Origin: Phoronis australis
Lineage: Eukaryota > Animalia > Phoronida
Assembly (NCBI GenBank): GCA_002633005.1
Contig: NMRA01000239.1
Location: 396,288-460,287 of the forward strand
Reading direction: 5' to 3'
DNA: 64,000 nucleotides
Shown: one piece after another, positions 13,941-25,960 of the stretch
How positions within the stretch are numbered: the stretch's first letter is position 1
Layout of the letters: each line of letters begins with the position of its first letter
The notes under the pieces: generated by a model
What the model was told of the DNA's origin: nothing
Seen by the model: only the letters and a program-made list of their open reading frames with translations
Databases searched by the model: none
Program-made: the position numbers and the translations under genes

Positions 13941-14637
13941 TGAGTCCAGTTTCATTAAAAGTCACTTAGACTTAATATTTAGGAACGAAAATTAAATTAA
14001 ATTGAGACATAAATTCGGGTTAAGTTAAAACAAATGTTTCACGATTATGAAGTCGTTTTTTTGGTCTTCTGTCTTCATTTAGACAAAAATTAAGTCAGTT
14101 TTCGACATAGGTAAGCATACATACTACGTCTTCGCCATCTGTTAAGTCACCACACTAAGAGAGGCGCTGTGTGAAATTAGGTTACAGGAATAATCTTGGT
14201 CACTTTAAATGAAGATTTGTTCACATTTTGATTAAAATTGAGATATCTTTTGCTTGAGAACGCCCTGGTATGAGTGGAAAATATCATTTCACATGTGCCG
14301 GTAAGTCGCTCTGGATTCATTTCCATTGTCTCTACGTGGTTTGCCGGTTCTCGACTGAATTGAAAGCAGACGATCTTCAGAATGACATTATTTAGGGGAG
14401 TTAGATTCTGAAAAATATCAACACAATTTGTTCTCAACAGTATGCAGTGACGACATTTAGGCCAAAGGCACATTCTTAAGCCTACTCCGTATCACGCTAA
14501 CATTCTGTCTCAGCTTAGACAGATTTCTGTCTTATGAATTTTGGTCTGGAGAAATTTCACGAAACGGGACATTTTGGTTTTAAGTTAGTCGAATTTCTGT
14601 CTGAGTTAAGACAAAAAATTTCATGAAACGGGCCCCT
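13941..14637. mobile_element. Probable non-autonomous DNA transposon
   Basis: Right end TTTCATGAAACGGGCCCC with degenerate left counterpart GAGTCCAGTTTCATTAAA; repeated TTCTGTCT/TTAGACA subterminal motifs. Confidence 0.45.
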
Positions 14638-16678
14638 AATGTGTATTTGAATCGGAAAAGCTTCAGTCAGTGGTCTATCTACTTAGTAGAGTTGAGTGGA
14701 TTTCTGTTCAAATGCCAGACTATTAGACAAAGAAATCTCCTTTCTTAAAAGTGCTTTCATGAATAATGCATATCCAATAAATTTTATGCAATCGTGTATT
14801 AACAAGGTCAAGTCAGATTCGATAATATGGAACATGGTCCAGTATAAAACTACATGTCAAAATTGAAGATTATATATTCCGAAATATTGAATGCTGGTGA
14901 GATTATAACTTCATTATCTGTCTCAATATGATATAATAATCACTCATAATTGTATAATAATTGGTCTGAACCGCTAACACTTTCACTAAACACCTTAATC
15001 AATAGTTGGGATCGGGAGAATTTGTTATGTATTGCAGTTGTATTCTGATTTCAAGGCTTATTACTCCAGACAAAATCAGGCGAAATTTAGTTTTAGTTCC
15101 CACGTTGGCCAGAGTTAAGCAATCATAGTCCGCCTATGAAAATTTTTATCCGCCAGTGACGCGAAGCGCGCTCCTTAAATTAAACCCGTTTGTGGTAACT
15201 GGATTTTCCCTTTTGACTTAACGACCCTGTAGGATACAGTTTACACGTCAAGGAACCCCTTATTGTATCGAAGGCAAAAAAGTATCTAACCTCAGGGAGT
15301 GTGACGATCATAATGTCTTCGCGTCGCTACAGACGGATTGAATCCCATATCCATTCCTTTTTAGCTCGTTTTTTCCTTTTATATAGTTGTTTTATTCACT
15401 TATGTTACCCATCTTTACTTCACAATCGGTGAAACGGGCCACTGGCTCATGTTAACTGTTTTTAAACTGACTACATAAGTAATGAATAGACTTGAGACGT
15501 GATGGTCAGTTTTGCGAGGTAAAACAAAGTTAATTTAATTTACCCCTGCATCAGACTAATGAGAACGGACTTCACTCATTGCATTTTTGTGTTGTAGTGC
15601 AACAGGCTCGATCCTGGCTTGCGTTCCGTAGATCGATTTTGTTGCGAGATAGGCAAGAGGAAAGACGGGGCAATTAAATCGAGTGAGTGAACACGAGTAC
15701 ACCGTAAGCTCGGAACTTTAGTTAGCTGACTCTGGCAAATTGTCGCCACTGACTGAAGTGATTAGTTGGCGAGGCTGGATCTTTATGTGGAATTATCACG
15801 CCTCCCGACCCATAACAGAAGATTTATTGTCGCAAAAGTCTTGCTAGTGACTACGTTTACGGAATGCAAAACTTTGGTCGGAGTCAAATCTCCGAACTCA
15901 AAATCCACCTCGACATTATTCAGTTTGACATTGTCTGGATCCGGGATCGAATCTTCTAACTCATTCGGACTCGACTGAGTCTCAGGCTCAAAGCTTAACC
16001 AATCACGAGTTCAACTTTGAAAGCGTGACACGCGATTGGTCAATTTCCAAGTTGAGTACAGAGATTAGACCTTGGGCACTGTTCTTTAAACTCGAGCTAA
16101 GTGATTGAGTGCTCGAGTATGTTATAGTTTACTCAAATAAGATGTATGTCCATAGCAAAAACGAAAGGTATATAAAGAGTTTGGTCCTTCAAGCTCTAAG
16201 TGACCGTGTTACCGCGTCGTCACTTAGAATTATGCTGGGGGACAACCCTGAGAACAACACCAAGACAACTGTTCGAAAGACGGACCTTCTAGACGTGTCC
16301 TCCAAGTAATATACGGATCGCTATTTATATGCATTGTCAGTTTCAAAGAATTTACCTATTCATGTGCAAACGCACTTTTGAGTGATTCGAACAACGTTTT
16401 TTTAACGAAACCGGCGAACAAGTCACATTCATGTGTTTGTGGTCTTGCTGGTGAGTTTCATGACCAGCACCACTGCCAATTGGCGACGATGACTCATTTA
16501 GCCGCAGAGTTTAACACTGTTAGCGAGTTGTTTAGTCGCGTCTGGTAACAGCCGACTACACATCGACTACAATTTTAAGTGGTACAAAAGTTTAAAAAAG
16601 AAACATCAAAGAACTCCTTCATAATTGGACGGTGAACATGTTTTTTTTCGCTGAGATTTTTGAATATATTAAAATGCC

Positions 16679-17190
16679 TTAAGGTTATGCAGGACTTTAT
16701 CTACTTGTTGGTGTATTTAGTCTAATAACTGCAAAACTATTATAGAGCTCAACTCCGTAAAAGTGTATATTTTCTGAAAGTATCAAGCCTGTAGAATATA
16801 ATTTAAACTTTGGATCAATCTGCGGTCATTTCGATCACGTGACCAAGTGTTTTAGTAAAATTTAGCAAAAAAGAAATGTACACCCGCAGCAAAACAACGG
16901 TGTCAATAACCTGACCAAATCTGAATTTGTTTATAAATCAATGTACAAGATGAAATCTCAAAAACGCTGATACAATTTCTAAATTATCGTTTCGTTTTCG
17001 TTTGAAACCAATTTCTAGTTTTTCATAAAAATCAAAACAGTCCTCATGCAGAAGTGGGAGAATTTAAAATTTAAAGCTCAGTGCTAAAGTGTGGTGTCTG
17101 AAAATTTCATATGAGCCGATCAACCATTTCGGAGACACGATGTTCAAAAGTTACTAAATTTGGTCGTTTTTCGATGACTCTACATAGCCT
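16679..17190 (+). mobile_element. TTAA-flanked DNA transposon end (Kolobok-like), copy 1
   Basis: Begins TTAAGGTTATGCAGGAC exactly as at 35013; downstream blocks (TCATGCAgAAGTGG, CAACCATTTC) are collinear with that copy. Confidence 0.6.
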
Positions 17191-20072
17191 AAATTGTGAC
17201 ATGGTGACGACCTGCTTTTTTGACACAACCATTTTCGCTTCTGGGAGCTTCACAGAGTAAAATGAGTAGTGTAAAGGTGCACGCTGACGTAATTCAATGT
17301 CAGAGTAAAAATTCAGTCGTTTTTCTAGAAAGAGGCACTTCCTTTCCCGTTGTGGGCTCTAGTACAAAAAGACATCTTGTTTTTTGCTTCCCCCACAACT
17401 CCACTGAGCAAGGTCGTGCATTTCTCTTTCACACGACCAAAAGAACAAAGCAAAAATTTAACCACCACGGCTCATACCTGTATTTGTACTAAAAATAAAC
17501 ATGTATTGTCAAACTGCTGTAGGATTACCAGCAACAGAATTTCCGCTGCATTTGCCGACGTGTACAGTTCAAAGCAACGTAGTACCTCGGATTTTACTGA
17601 GCCCTTATCCGTCTATAGCAGGCCAACTTGTGTACTTCACTCGGTCCTGTCTTAAAGCATCCCACCATTCTTACCTGAATGAACAACAACGTAACACCAA
17701 CGAGCATCTTTTGAGATTCCGTGCCCACGTGACGCGCCTGCACATCCACCACACTCCCTCCTTTTCAATCCGGACGTCAAGAATAGATTGCACCCCCAGT
17801 CACTGGTGTTCTTAAGTAATTGATTGCTTGTATATTTACAATAATATCTAACACCGTCCCTACTGTTACATGCCCATTAGTGACACACAAGATTTTATTA
17901 GCGTTGCCTATGCTGTCTCGACGGGAGTGAAACTGTTGCCCGCCCGAAGTCTCACAAATCGCGCCAGCTTATAGTGACCACATTCACGTTTTCAGCAGGG
18001 ATAATCGAGGCCAAATGTGGTGTCAAATGTTAAATGTGAGAACCATTTATTCGCCACCGGTATTAACGACAATCGCCTGTTAGTGTCTGTTCGTACGAAA
18101 CTGTGCGGTCTAATTCCCTTTGTATGTGTATAATTTACAAGTTATTATCCGCCTGATCCGTGACTATAACAACGACATTTCACTCACATTGAATGTGCAT
18201 ACATCAAAATATAGTGATCGTTTGCTATTGTTCATCGCACTTTCAGGAAAGCCGGATTTCCTTTTCCATTAAACATTGTAATTACTCTTGTCAAGTTACG
18301 TTGTCGTGATAGTATTGGTTTCAACATTCAGTTGGATTTGAGAAAAACCCTGTAATAAAATTGAAGTAGTCAGAGACTTTCTAAAGCGTTTTTTTGACTC
18401 GTAAGTGCACCGAGCGTATTCAGTTTGTAGCCTAAACGGAGGTAAACCCCTGATGTGGTATTTCGAGACCCGATTTGTTGGAGATTGTAAGTGGCTATGT
18501 GTCTGTTACCACCATCCATTCTAGTATTTGGCCACTGGAAGGAGACTTTACCCACAGCCTGTCAACAGACACTGGAAAAACTCTCTTCTGCTCAAGTTTA
18601 TGATCAATCAAGTGTAGGCCTGAAATTAATCAATTCTTACATTTACGTTTAATTTAATAGAGGAATAGGCCACTAACTGACGCCATTGGTCTTGTTTTCA
18701 CCGGAAGTGACTGATTTTGTTGCATCCACGATACTCCAGTAACTCAAAAAACTTTTCATGGATTTCTACCAAGCTTTCATAACACGTGGAATTACATTGA
18801 CTTGAGGTGGAATCGCCTCGTGACAGGGTGGTTCGACTTCGACTAATACCACTTCTACTTATTTTTACATACATATTTGCGCTTTCTGAGTCCATCTTTC
18901 AAGTTTCATCTCTGGTAGAATCCGTTGGCCAGGGGAGCTTTCAATTACACTAGTGTCTCGCTAGAAAAGCAAGATCTCCCAAGGCTTCGCAAAAGTCACG
19001 CGAGTAAAAAACGAGAGTTTTGCTATAAAACTCGGGAGCATACTAGCCTGTGCGCATGTGCTCAAGCTCTAAAATGGCGGCAGTCACTGAAGTGTTTGGT
19101 CGGTGTTGAATTATGGGATTGAAATAGTGAAGACATTTTAGGATTGAATTCAACTGTTTTCGTTCTATAGGTAAAGCTAGCTTTCTTGTCATCAGCTTAA
19201 CTCTACCCGGATCTGAATGGCCGTATCAGTCAAGTCATTTGTTTTGTTTTTTTTTCTCATTGAAATATATTTGCCTTAATTATAAATTTGAAAGATAAAA
19301 ATGGCTTTTGTAAACATGATTTCTGTTTTTTTTTACCGTTTCTCATGGGATTTCATGTACCAGTTTAACTGCGCATGGTCTCACAGTGCGACCTCTGACG
19401 ATACGCTTCATGTTCTCTGTTGTACAAATGCTTAAGTGGAAACAATTCAAATTAGGGTTCGAAATTACAATTGCGATATCCATCACCAATAGAAAAAGGG
19501 TTACCATTTATACTTTAGGCAAAGTAATAAGTAGCTTTTAAGTGACTCGCATCAACTGGTAACTTGTTAAACAAACACAGTCTCCAGTAGCAACGTCGTA
19601 TGGAGACGTCACGTAACTAATACAAATGATTATATCGCGAGACAAATCCATATTTCCGGCTTACAAAATTAAGGCATAGTTTGTAGGTAACTTAAGAATA
19701 AACAGAATGTAAATATTAGAGGAATAAAAAAGTTAAAACAGCATGTTCTACTAATGGAGAAACCGCCGAACGTTTTGAATGATTGCGCGTTTCCAAGAAG
19801 AATTTCTATTATATTTATCTTGAGTAATTTGTATACGTGAATTCTGTCCCTTGTTTTTATAGATTAAGCAATATACAGACAAATAGCGCTCCTTTATGCA
19901 TAAGCAATTACTTAGCGTATTTGGATCACCTGCCCCATGTAATTAGTTTTCAAGAAGGGCAGTGTTTGAAATGCATAGCATTATAAGCACGAAGCCTACA
20001 GTCTTCTATACATTCGAATAATCCTGTTCTTAAATGCAGTAGTGATTTGATAAAGTCAGTGAATTTTTGTAA

Positions 20073-22167
20073 GGGAGCGTTCACACGTCATCCAAATTTT
20101 ACCCCTTTTTTACTCCTCTCCCCCTTCAGTCATCACTCGTCATCACCGACGATATAACTCCCCCCGTCCAACATCATATTACGTCATCATAGCCAACTCC
20201 CCCTGTTTTTGGAAGAACCGACAGTTGGAAATTCCGTCTTTATGATTCTAATGACAAACTAATGTCGCTTTATAATCGTAAGTTGCACAATAAAATACGC
20301 CACTTCAGCTATTAAACCAAAAATAATGGATATATTGATACCTAACTACATCAGAGGAGTGAGGATAGGGCGGGGAAAACAACAAGCTTTACCAAGGGCG
20401 TCCTTTTTACATGTATAGAAGGACAAAGAGACAATTTCAAGAACCGCCCAACCGAGAGAGGGCCCCTTCTGAAAGGGGACCCCTTAAGATGAGAGGCTAA
20501 ATATCATTAAGCATGGAAAAGAGTGACAGTTAATTACTTCGTCGTGAGACCCTGCAAGAAGTGACCTTCCTAGTCCTCAACAGGAAAGGTTGTACCACTT
20601 CCAACATTGGGGCCCTCTATCAGTGAGCGCCCTCTTGAGAATTTATCAATAAGAACACGGAAAGGGTAGCCATTTGAATGTCATCAATGCCCCCCCCCTT
20701 CGACGGCTGGGACCCTAAATATAAAAATATCTATAATTTCAAAAACCAGGAAATGGGCAGCAATTGTCAGGTCATCTTTCCTCAAATGACATACAATTTC
20801 GAGAAAAAAACTAAATAATAAAGCGGTAGTTATCTCCATGATACTATGCCAGACTGGGGCCTCGAGAAAAATATAGTTTTGCATTCGCAAAATTGTCTTA
20901 TTTGATTTAATTAACTAGTGAATAAATACGCTCCGCAAAAGCTGCGCTTTGCAAATGTTCTGGATTTTTTCGAAATACTTGTATGAATGATTAAGTGCAC
21001 GTGTTCAAGTGCGTTTAGACGACTTATGCCGCAAAAAAGAAGCCCCCTAACAACAGTGTCCAGGCCAGGGCCTCAAATGATAAATCATGCACTGAAAGTT
21101 GTCCAAAGTTCTCTTGAATTTTCTCTCTTCTCCTTCTTACGATGTCTTTCTTTCATCGACTGCCCCCGGCCCCACGCCTATGTCGGTTGCCATGGATTAA
21201 GTCCTGACGCCTGCAAAGTATTTGGGGGGGGGGGAACGTGCCCCCCAAATAATTTGCCCCCACGCTTCCTACTGCCCTGAGACAAGGGTAGAATTCAGTC
21301 AACGCTAGGACCTACGCTAAAATTTAGACAAAATCGCGTATTCTCAATTAAAATACACAGCAATATCTCACGTAATTTCGCGAAGTCTTGGTTTTAAGCG
21401 AGATCCCAGCGTTTACTGAGCTCATCCAGCAGCAGAGGAATATACTCAAAACACCTTGAAAGAACTACTGAATACCATTTGTGACAATCACTCCCCATTT
21501 AGTCCACAAAACTGGCGTCAAACCCTTTTTGGGGAGCTACAAAGGCTTGAACTGTAATCCTAGACCCTAATGCGATTCGTCACTGAGGTGATTGTCAGTG
21601 ACAGGCAGTGATTGAGTGAGGCAATCGTTTGTCTATGTGCATGTTTATAAGGTAAACCTCGTGAAATATCATCAAATCTTGTGTAACAAATCAAATCTCC
21701 AAAGAACTCGAAAATGTGTATTTCACATTACACATACATTTCAGTTCAGTTCGAAATTACAAACACTCAATCCATGTCGGCCAGAGAAGGAAACAGACCG
21801 TTACTTCTCCGAAGCCTGTCGCTAGCGAAGTGTCCGACAGTCGCGCACTCGTGCCCACGTAACAAAGGCGCACTGAGACGCAACAAAGACATGCGCATAA
21901 CTATAAATGAACAATAACAACCTAATTAAGCATAACAATGAACGTCCAGTTACTAACGTCCCGTCATACTTGGAAGCGTGGAACGGCAGGTCCCGGTGTT
22001 GGAATTAGTAAATTCTGCTAGAAGGTGAATCAGTTTCCCAACGATATGTACTGTGATGGAGATATTCTAATAAACCACATGAGTCTAACCTCCCTCTCCC
22101 TGTCATAAATCGTCATCTTTTCCTAACCCCCCCCCCTCGAGTGATGACGTAATATGTGAACCATCCC
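20073..22167. mobile_element. PIF/Harbinger-like non-autonomous element with nested insertions
   Basis: Imperfect TIRs GGGAGCGTTCACA / TGTGAACCATCCC, TAA on the left flank, C-rich CGTCATC subterminal repeats at both ends; contains a family-A MITE. Confidence 0.55.
21286..21427 (-). mobile_element. MITE family A copy
   Basis: Reverse complement of the core (CAATATCTCACGTAATTTCGCGAAGTCTTG); GGGTAGAATTCAG terminus. Confidence 0.8.
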
Positions 22168-23131
22168 AAACTTCATATAATGCAACGCAATGAATGTCTG
22201 CATGTAAATGTCAACTAAGGTGTATCTCCAAGGTCACGTGACATAAACATGTCCATTGAAAATACATCTCTTTCCAGCAATCAACAAAGAACAATTAATA
22301 AACTTCTTGTATTGTAAACAACATCTTCAAAAACACACACTGGCCATAAATGAATGGCCATAAATTTACGCCAAGAAACAAGACATTGAAATATAAAACA
22401 TCAGGCGAGGATTGCTCTAACAGGCTTTTTCTTTAAAATGATACTCTGGCGAAAACTTTCCGTCAAAATTTGAATGCTATGATAAAAACAATTTCAGTAA
22501 AAATATTTTTCCAAGATTGTCATTCACAAACGCGCAAAATATAGCTTAGCCGACTCAAAATAGAATTAAATGATAAGTAACAAGTAACTAAAAATAAATG
22601 TTATGTAAATATTAGCAAAATAAATAATCAACAGAGAAACCGCAGAGCGTTAGGAATAATTTGTTGTTTTAAAGGTTCTGTATGTTGACATTGAACGGGA
22701 AGTTTGTGTTCATTTATTAATATTCCGTTATGGAGAACAAAACATTGAAAATGATGGACGGGCAGTGCGTTAATGTTATGACTTCAATGCGCTAATGCTA
22801 TCTGTATGCTGCGTGGGACACAACGTGATACTTTCTAGGTAAAGTCATTCACAAAATAAAAAGATAACAAATAAACAAATAACGCCCGAACAAATTCCAC
22901 GTTTTTGAAAACCAAATGTACATAATCGGTGACTTTTCTGACAAGAATAAAACAGTTATTGGGTGCTCAGAATTTCAGTGAAGTCTTAATGGCCACATCT
23001 ATTCAATAAAAACACAACTATAGTGCCTCTCACTTTAAGAACATTCATGACGTCACATCGTGTTCAACGGCTTAACTGGGTATCGTACATCACGAGAAAT
23101 TACGTGGTAGACTCAAAAATGTTCACACTCT

Positions 23132-23596
23132 TTAAAGCGGTGTGTAGATTTCTTTTTCGACTTCTGGAGTTATAATCTCAAGGTGTAACAAATTCTCAGT
23201 CGTATGCTCAGTTGTACTTTCAAGGCTTGAGATCGGCTGTCTCAAAATGTACATAACCTCGTTAGTGTCATCGCTCACCGAACTGTTTGTCGCTCCATTT
23301 GTGTTCCTCGAACGTTTGAATCTGTTGCTCGGCTTCAATTGAGAAACAGCCGAATAATATCGGCGATATGATGTGAGAGCTCTTGCCACAAACTCGGCAA
23401 TAAATTTGGGACGGTACGCAGGGTTGAGCCAGAAGTAAATGATCGGATTGCAGATGACAGATGTTTTAGCGAACATGGACGGGAATACAGTCACTCGTAC
23501 CGGAACGGCTGTAGCGTCGCCGAACGTCCAATAAAAAGACAAGATGGCGTATGGAGTCCACGTGATCATGAATCCGACACAGATGGCGATACCAAT
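23132..23596 (-). CDS. opn5: Neuropsin (Opn5-like) opsin, last coding exon: TM6, TM7, C-tail
   Basis: Acceptor ttgtag at 23597-98, phase 0; IGIAICVGFMITWTPYAILSFYWTFGDATAVPVRVTVFPSMFAKTSVICNPIIY with retinal Lys (AAA 23467-23465) and NPxxY; stop TAA. Confidence 0.92.
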   Translation of the reverse strand: MGIAICVGFMITWTPYAILSFYWTFGDATAVPVRVTVFPSMFAKTSVICNPIIYFWLNPAYRPKFIAEFVARALTSYRRYYSAVSQLKPSNRFKRSRNTNGATNSSVSDDTNEVMYILRQPISSLESTTEHTTENLLHLEIITPEVEKEIYTPL

Positions 23597-24035
23597 CTAC
23601 AAAATATATTGTTATGTAATCATTTTCAAAAACTATTGGCCCAGTTACAACCTCCAGCATATTTACATTGGCAGTACATGAACGTTTCGGTCGAACATTT
23701 CGCCGTCCATCTCCAGGTGTTACAGAATTTATTGACTAATGTGGAAAAATCTAAAAAATGCTCGCCATTGCTCAGCGTGAGTGTCACATACCCGAGCTCG
23801 TTTTCTGAGAACGTTGTAACCAGCCTGAAGATGGCAGTATTGAGTTGTTTCATGCAGCTTAAATTGGCTGAACATCTCTCTTGACTTGACATAGAGTCAT
23901 CCTACCAAAAACGATATAACAAGGCATAACACAATATTTGTTGTGAAAACCCTCGTTTCAAAAAAAAACTTACCAGACTAATGGCACATTCGTTTACATG
24001 TCACTATGCGCACGTAATTTATGGTTATTATTAAT

Positions 24036-24662
24036 GGTGGAGAACAAGACCATTGAAAAAGTCACACAATATAAATACCTGGGACAAACTATACAAATGG
24101 GGAACCGTATGACCAATGACATACAAATCCAAATACGAGCTGGATGGAGTTGCTTTGGAAAAAAACAGAGAAATATTCCAAGATAAGAACATACCCATAT
24201 CCCTGAAAAGAAAAGTACTTGACCAGTGCATCATCCCCACAATCACCTATGAATGCCAAACATGGACCTTAACAAAACAGACAATTGCCAAGCTAAGAAC
24301 AACACAGAGAGCAATGGAAAGAAAAATGCTTGGAATAAAATTACTAGACAGGATTCCACACACAGAGATAAGAGAACAAACAAGAGTCATGGACACAATT
24401 CTGAAGTTGAAATGGAGGTGGGGCGGACACGTGGCCAGAGCACAGGACAACAGATGGACAAAAAGATGTACAGAGTGGCAACCCAGATATGAAAAGAGAT
24501 CAAGAGGACGGCCCCAAGCCAGATGGAGAGATGACATCGTGAAAACGAGAGGCACAACATGGATGAGAGCAGCAACAGACAGAACAAGTTGGAAGGCATT
24601 GTCGGAGGGCTACATCCTGCAGTGGACGGACAACGCCTAGATGAGATGAGATGAGATGAGAT
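24036..24662 (+). mobile_element. 5'-truncated RTE-clade LINE
   Basis: YKYLGQ...IRAGW, frameshift in an A-run near 24160, then LKRKVLDQCIIPTITYECQTW, QRAMERKMLG, KWRWGGHVAR, RSRGRPQARW; stop followed directly by an (ATGAG)4 tail. Confidence 0.93.
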
Positions 24663-25024
24663 ACAGACATTAACTATACACATAGTATCTTTTGTATCGC
24701 GTCCAAAATTTAAAAACAACAACAAAACGAAAAACAATTAATGCATTAATCAATTTGAAAAACCCATTCTACTGTAATTGTTGTCTGCGACATCTGATTG
24801 AAGTAAAAATGCGATGGGGCGTCTCAGGAAATTAGTACGCAACATCTGATCCAATGTTAGCACTTTTGAAATTTACTTTCATTTTCTCGGTGTTCTTTCA
24901 CGGAAAACATGACGAATTTCAAAGTCAGTTGGTAATTTGTACTGATAAAAAACGAAGGCCCGTGGGCGCTTTTTCGGAAAGTTCCCGAAAAAGCCTCTAC
25001 TGGTGCGTAACGAGCACGAGTATC

Positions 25025-25130
25025 CGAGTTCCACAACGCTAGAATTTCGCTAGAAAAGCAAGACTTCGCGAGATTACAAGAGATATAAACGTTTAAACGT
25101 GAACATGTGATTTTGGCTAGTGAACTCTAC
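25025..25130 (+). mobile_element. MITE family A copy (internally deleted)
   Basis: Core GCTAGAAAAGCAAGACTTCGCGAGATTAC; ends TGAACTCTAC. Confidence 0.75.
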
Positions 25131-25134
25131 ACAG

Positions 25135-25960
25135 GCATATTCATGCTGGCATTTGGATCCTGTTGCACAGATGGTTTTGATCACGGAACCTCTTGGTTGT
25201 CAGTCCATCACTCTAACAATGTGATCCCAGGAGCGGAAGTACCTCTGACGTTGGGACACTTGTGAACAGGCTTCCGACATCGAAACTCACTATGACGTCA
25301 TTTGGTTCAATGCTGATTGAAACTTGCATTGTCCCGAAGCCAGATTTACAATTAGTGGTGCTATTATGCCGTTTACTAACCTACATGTAGTTTGTTGGCG
25401 ACAAGGGAATGAAAAATTCTTACGACTGATCGTATTGGCGTGTCTGGTTTGTGAATCTCAGGCTTTTCGTACATATTAGAGTTTTTTTGTATTGTTCAAA
25501 TTGAGCTTTTGGAGTATATAACGAGGGGCAGAGGCTCTGGCAGTTTTCAGCGTTTTTGGTTTTCCTTTCTACAGGTCAGGTCTGATCGAACTTTATTTCT
25601 CTTTTCTGTCCCCCTGAAAGTTGAGCTGTAGTCATGTTGCTGTATTCACCTTTACCCAGCAGGACAGTTGCATTATCTTTAGTATCTGCTTACAAGATGA
25701 TTATGTCCTCTGTCATCTTTTGATGGTGTTTGTAGAGCCACCTGTTCGTTGCTGCATGTTCAGGTCAGTTCAAGACAGCATGCTACAATGTAGTGTGCAC
25801 TTGGCACTTGTCACTGATGGTACTTCGGCAGGATCTGTATCAACGGTAGACGTTGTAACACCAGTCCTAAAATCCATTGGTCCATTTACACCAGTCCTCA
25901 GCTTTTTTACACTGGCATGACGTTTCGATCGGTCATTTCTCCGGCCGTCTTCAGGTGTTA
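25135..25960 (-). mobile_element. Decayed Penelope-like retroelement
   Basis: Ordered PLE RT motifs on minus strand: DIIIL*ADTKDNATVLLGKGEY (~25707-25640), YEKPEIHKPDTPIRSVV (25471-25420), IVSFDVGSLFTSVP (~25293-25252); hammerhead-like motif at the 5' end. Confidence 0.88.
25919..25954 (-). ncRNA. Minimal hammerhead-ribozyme-like motif at the 5' end of the Penelope remnant (degenerate stem I)
   Basis: CUGAAGA-c-GGCCGG-agaaauga-CCGAUC-GAAAC-GUC; palindromic ACGU helix III; stem I does not pair next to the core. Confidence 0.5.

Noticed and set aside
19049-19110. TGCGCATG plus AAAATGGCGG promoter-like cluster with an ATG
   Set aside because: ORF closes after 11 codons and the site lies within a family-A-related repeat; no downstream exons found.
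23826-23860. Other CTGA(A/T)GA cores (23826, 19190, 36211, 56331) as hammerheads
   Set aside because: No correctly placed GAAA box and stems.
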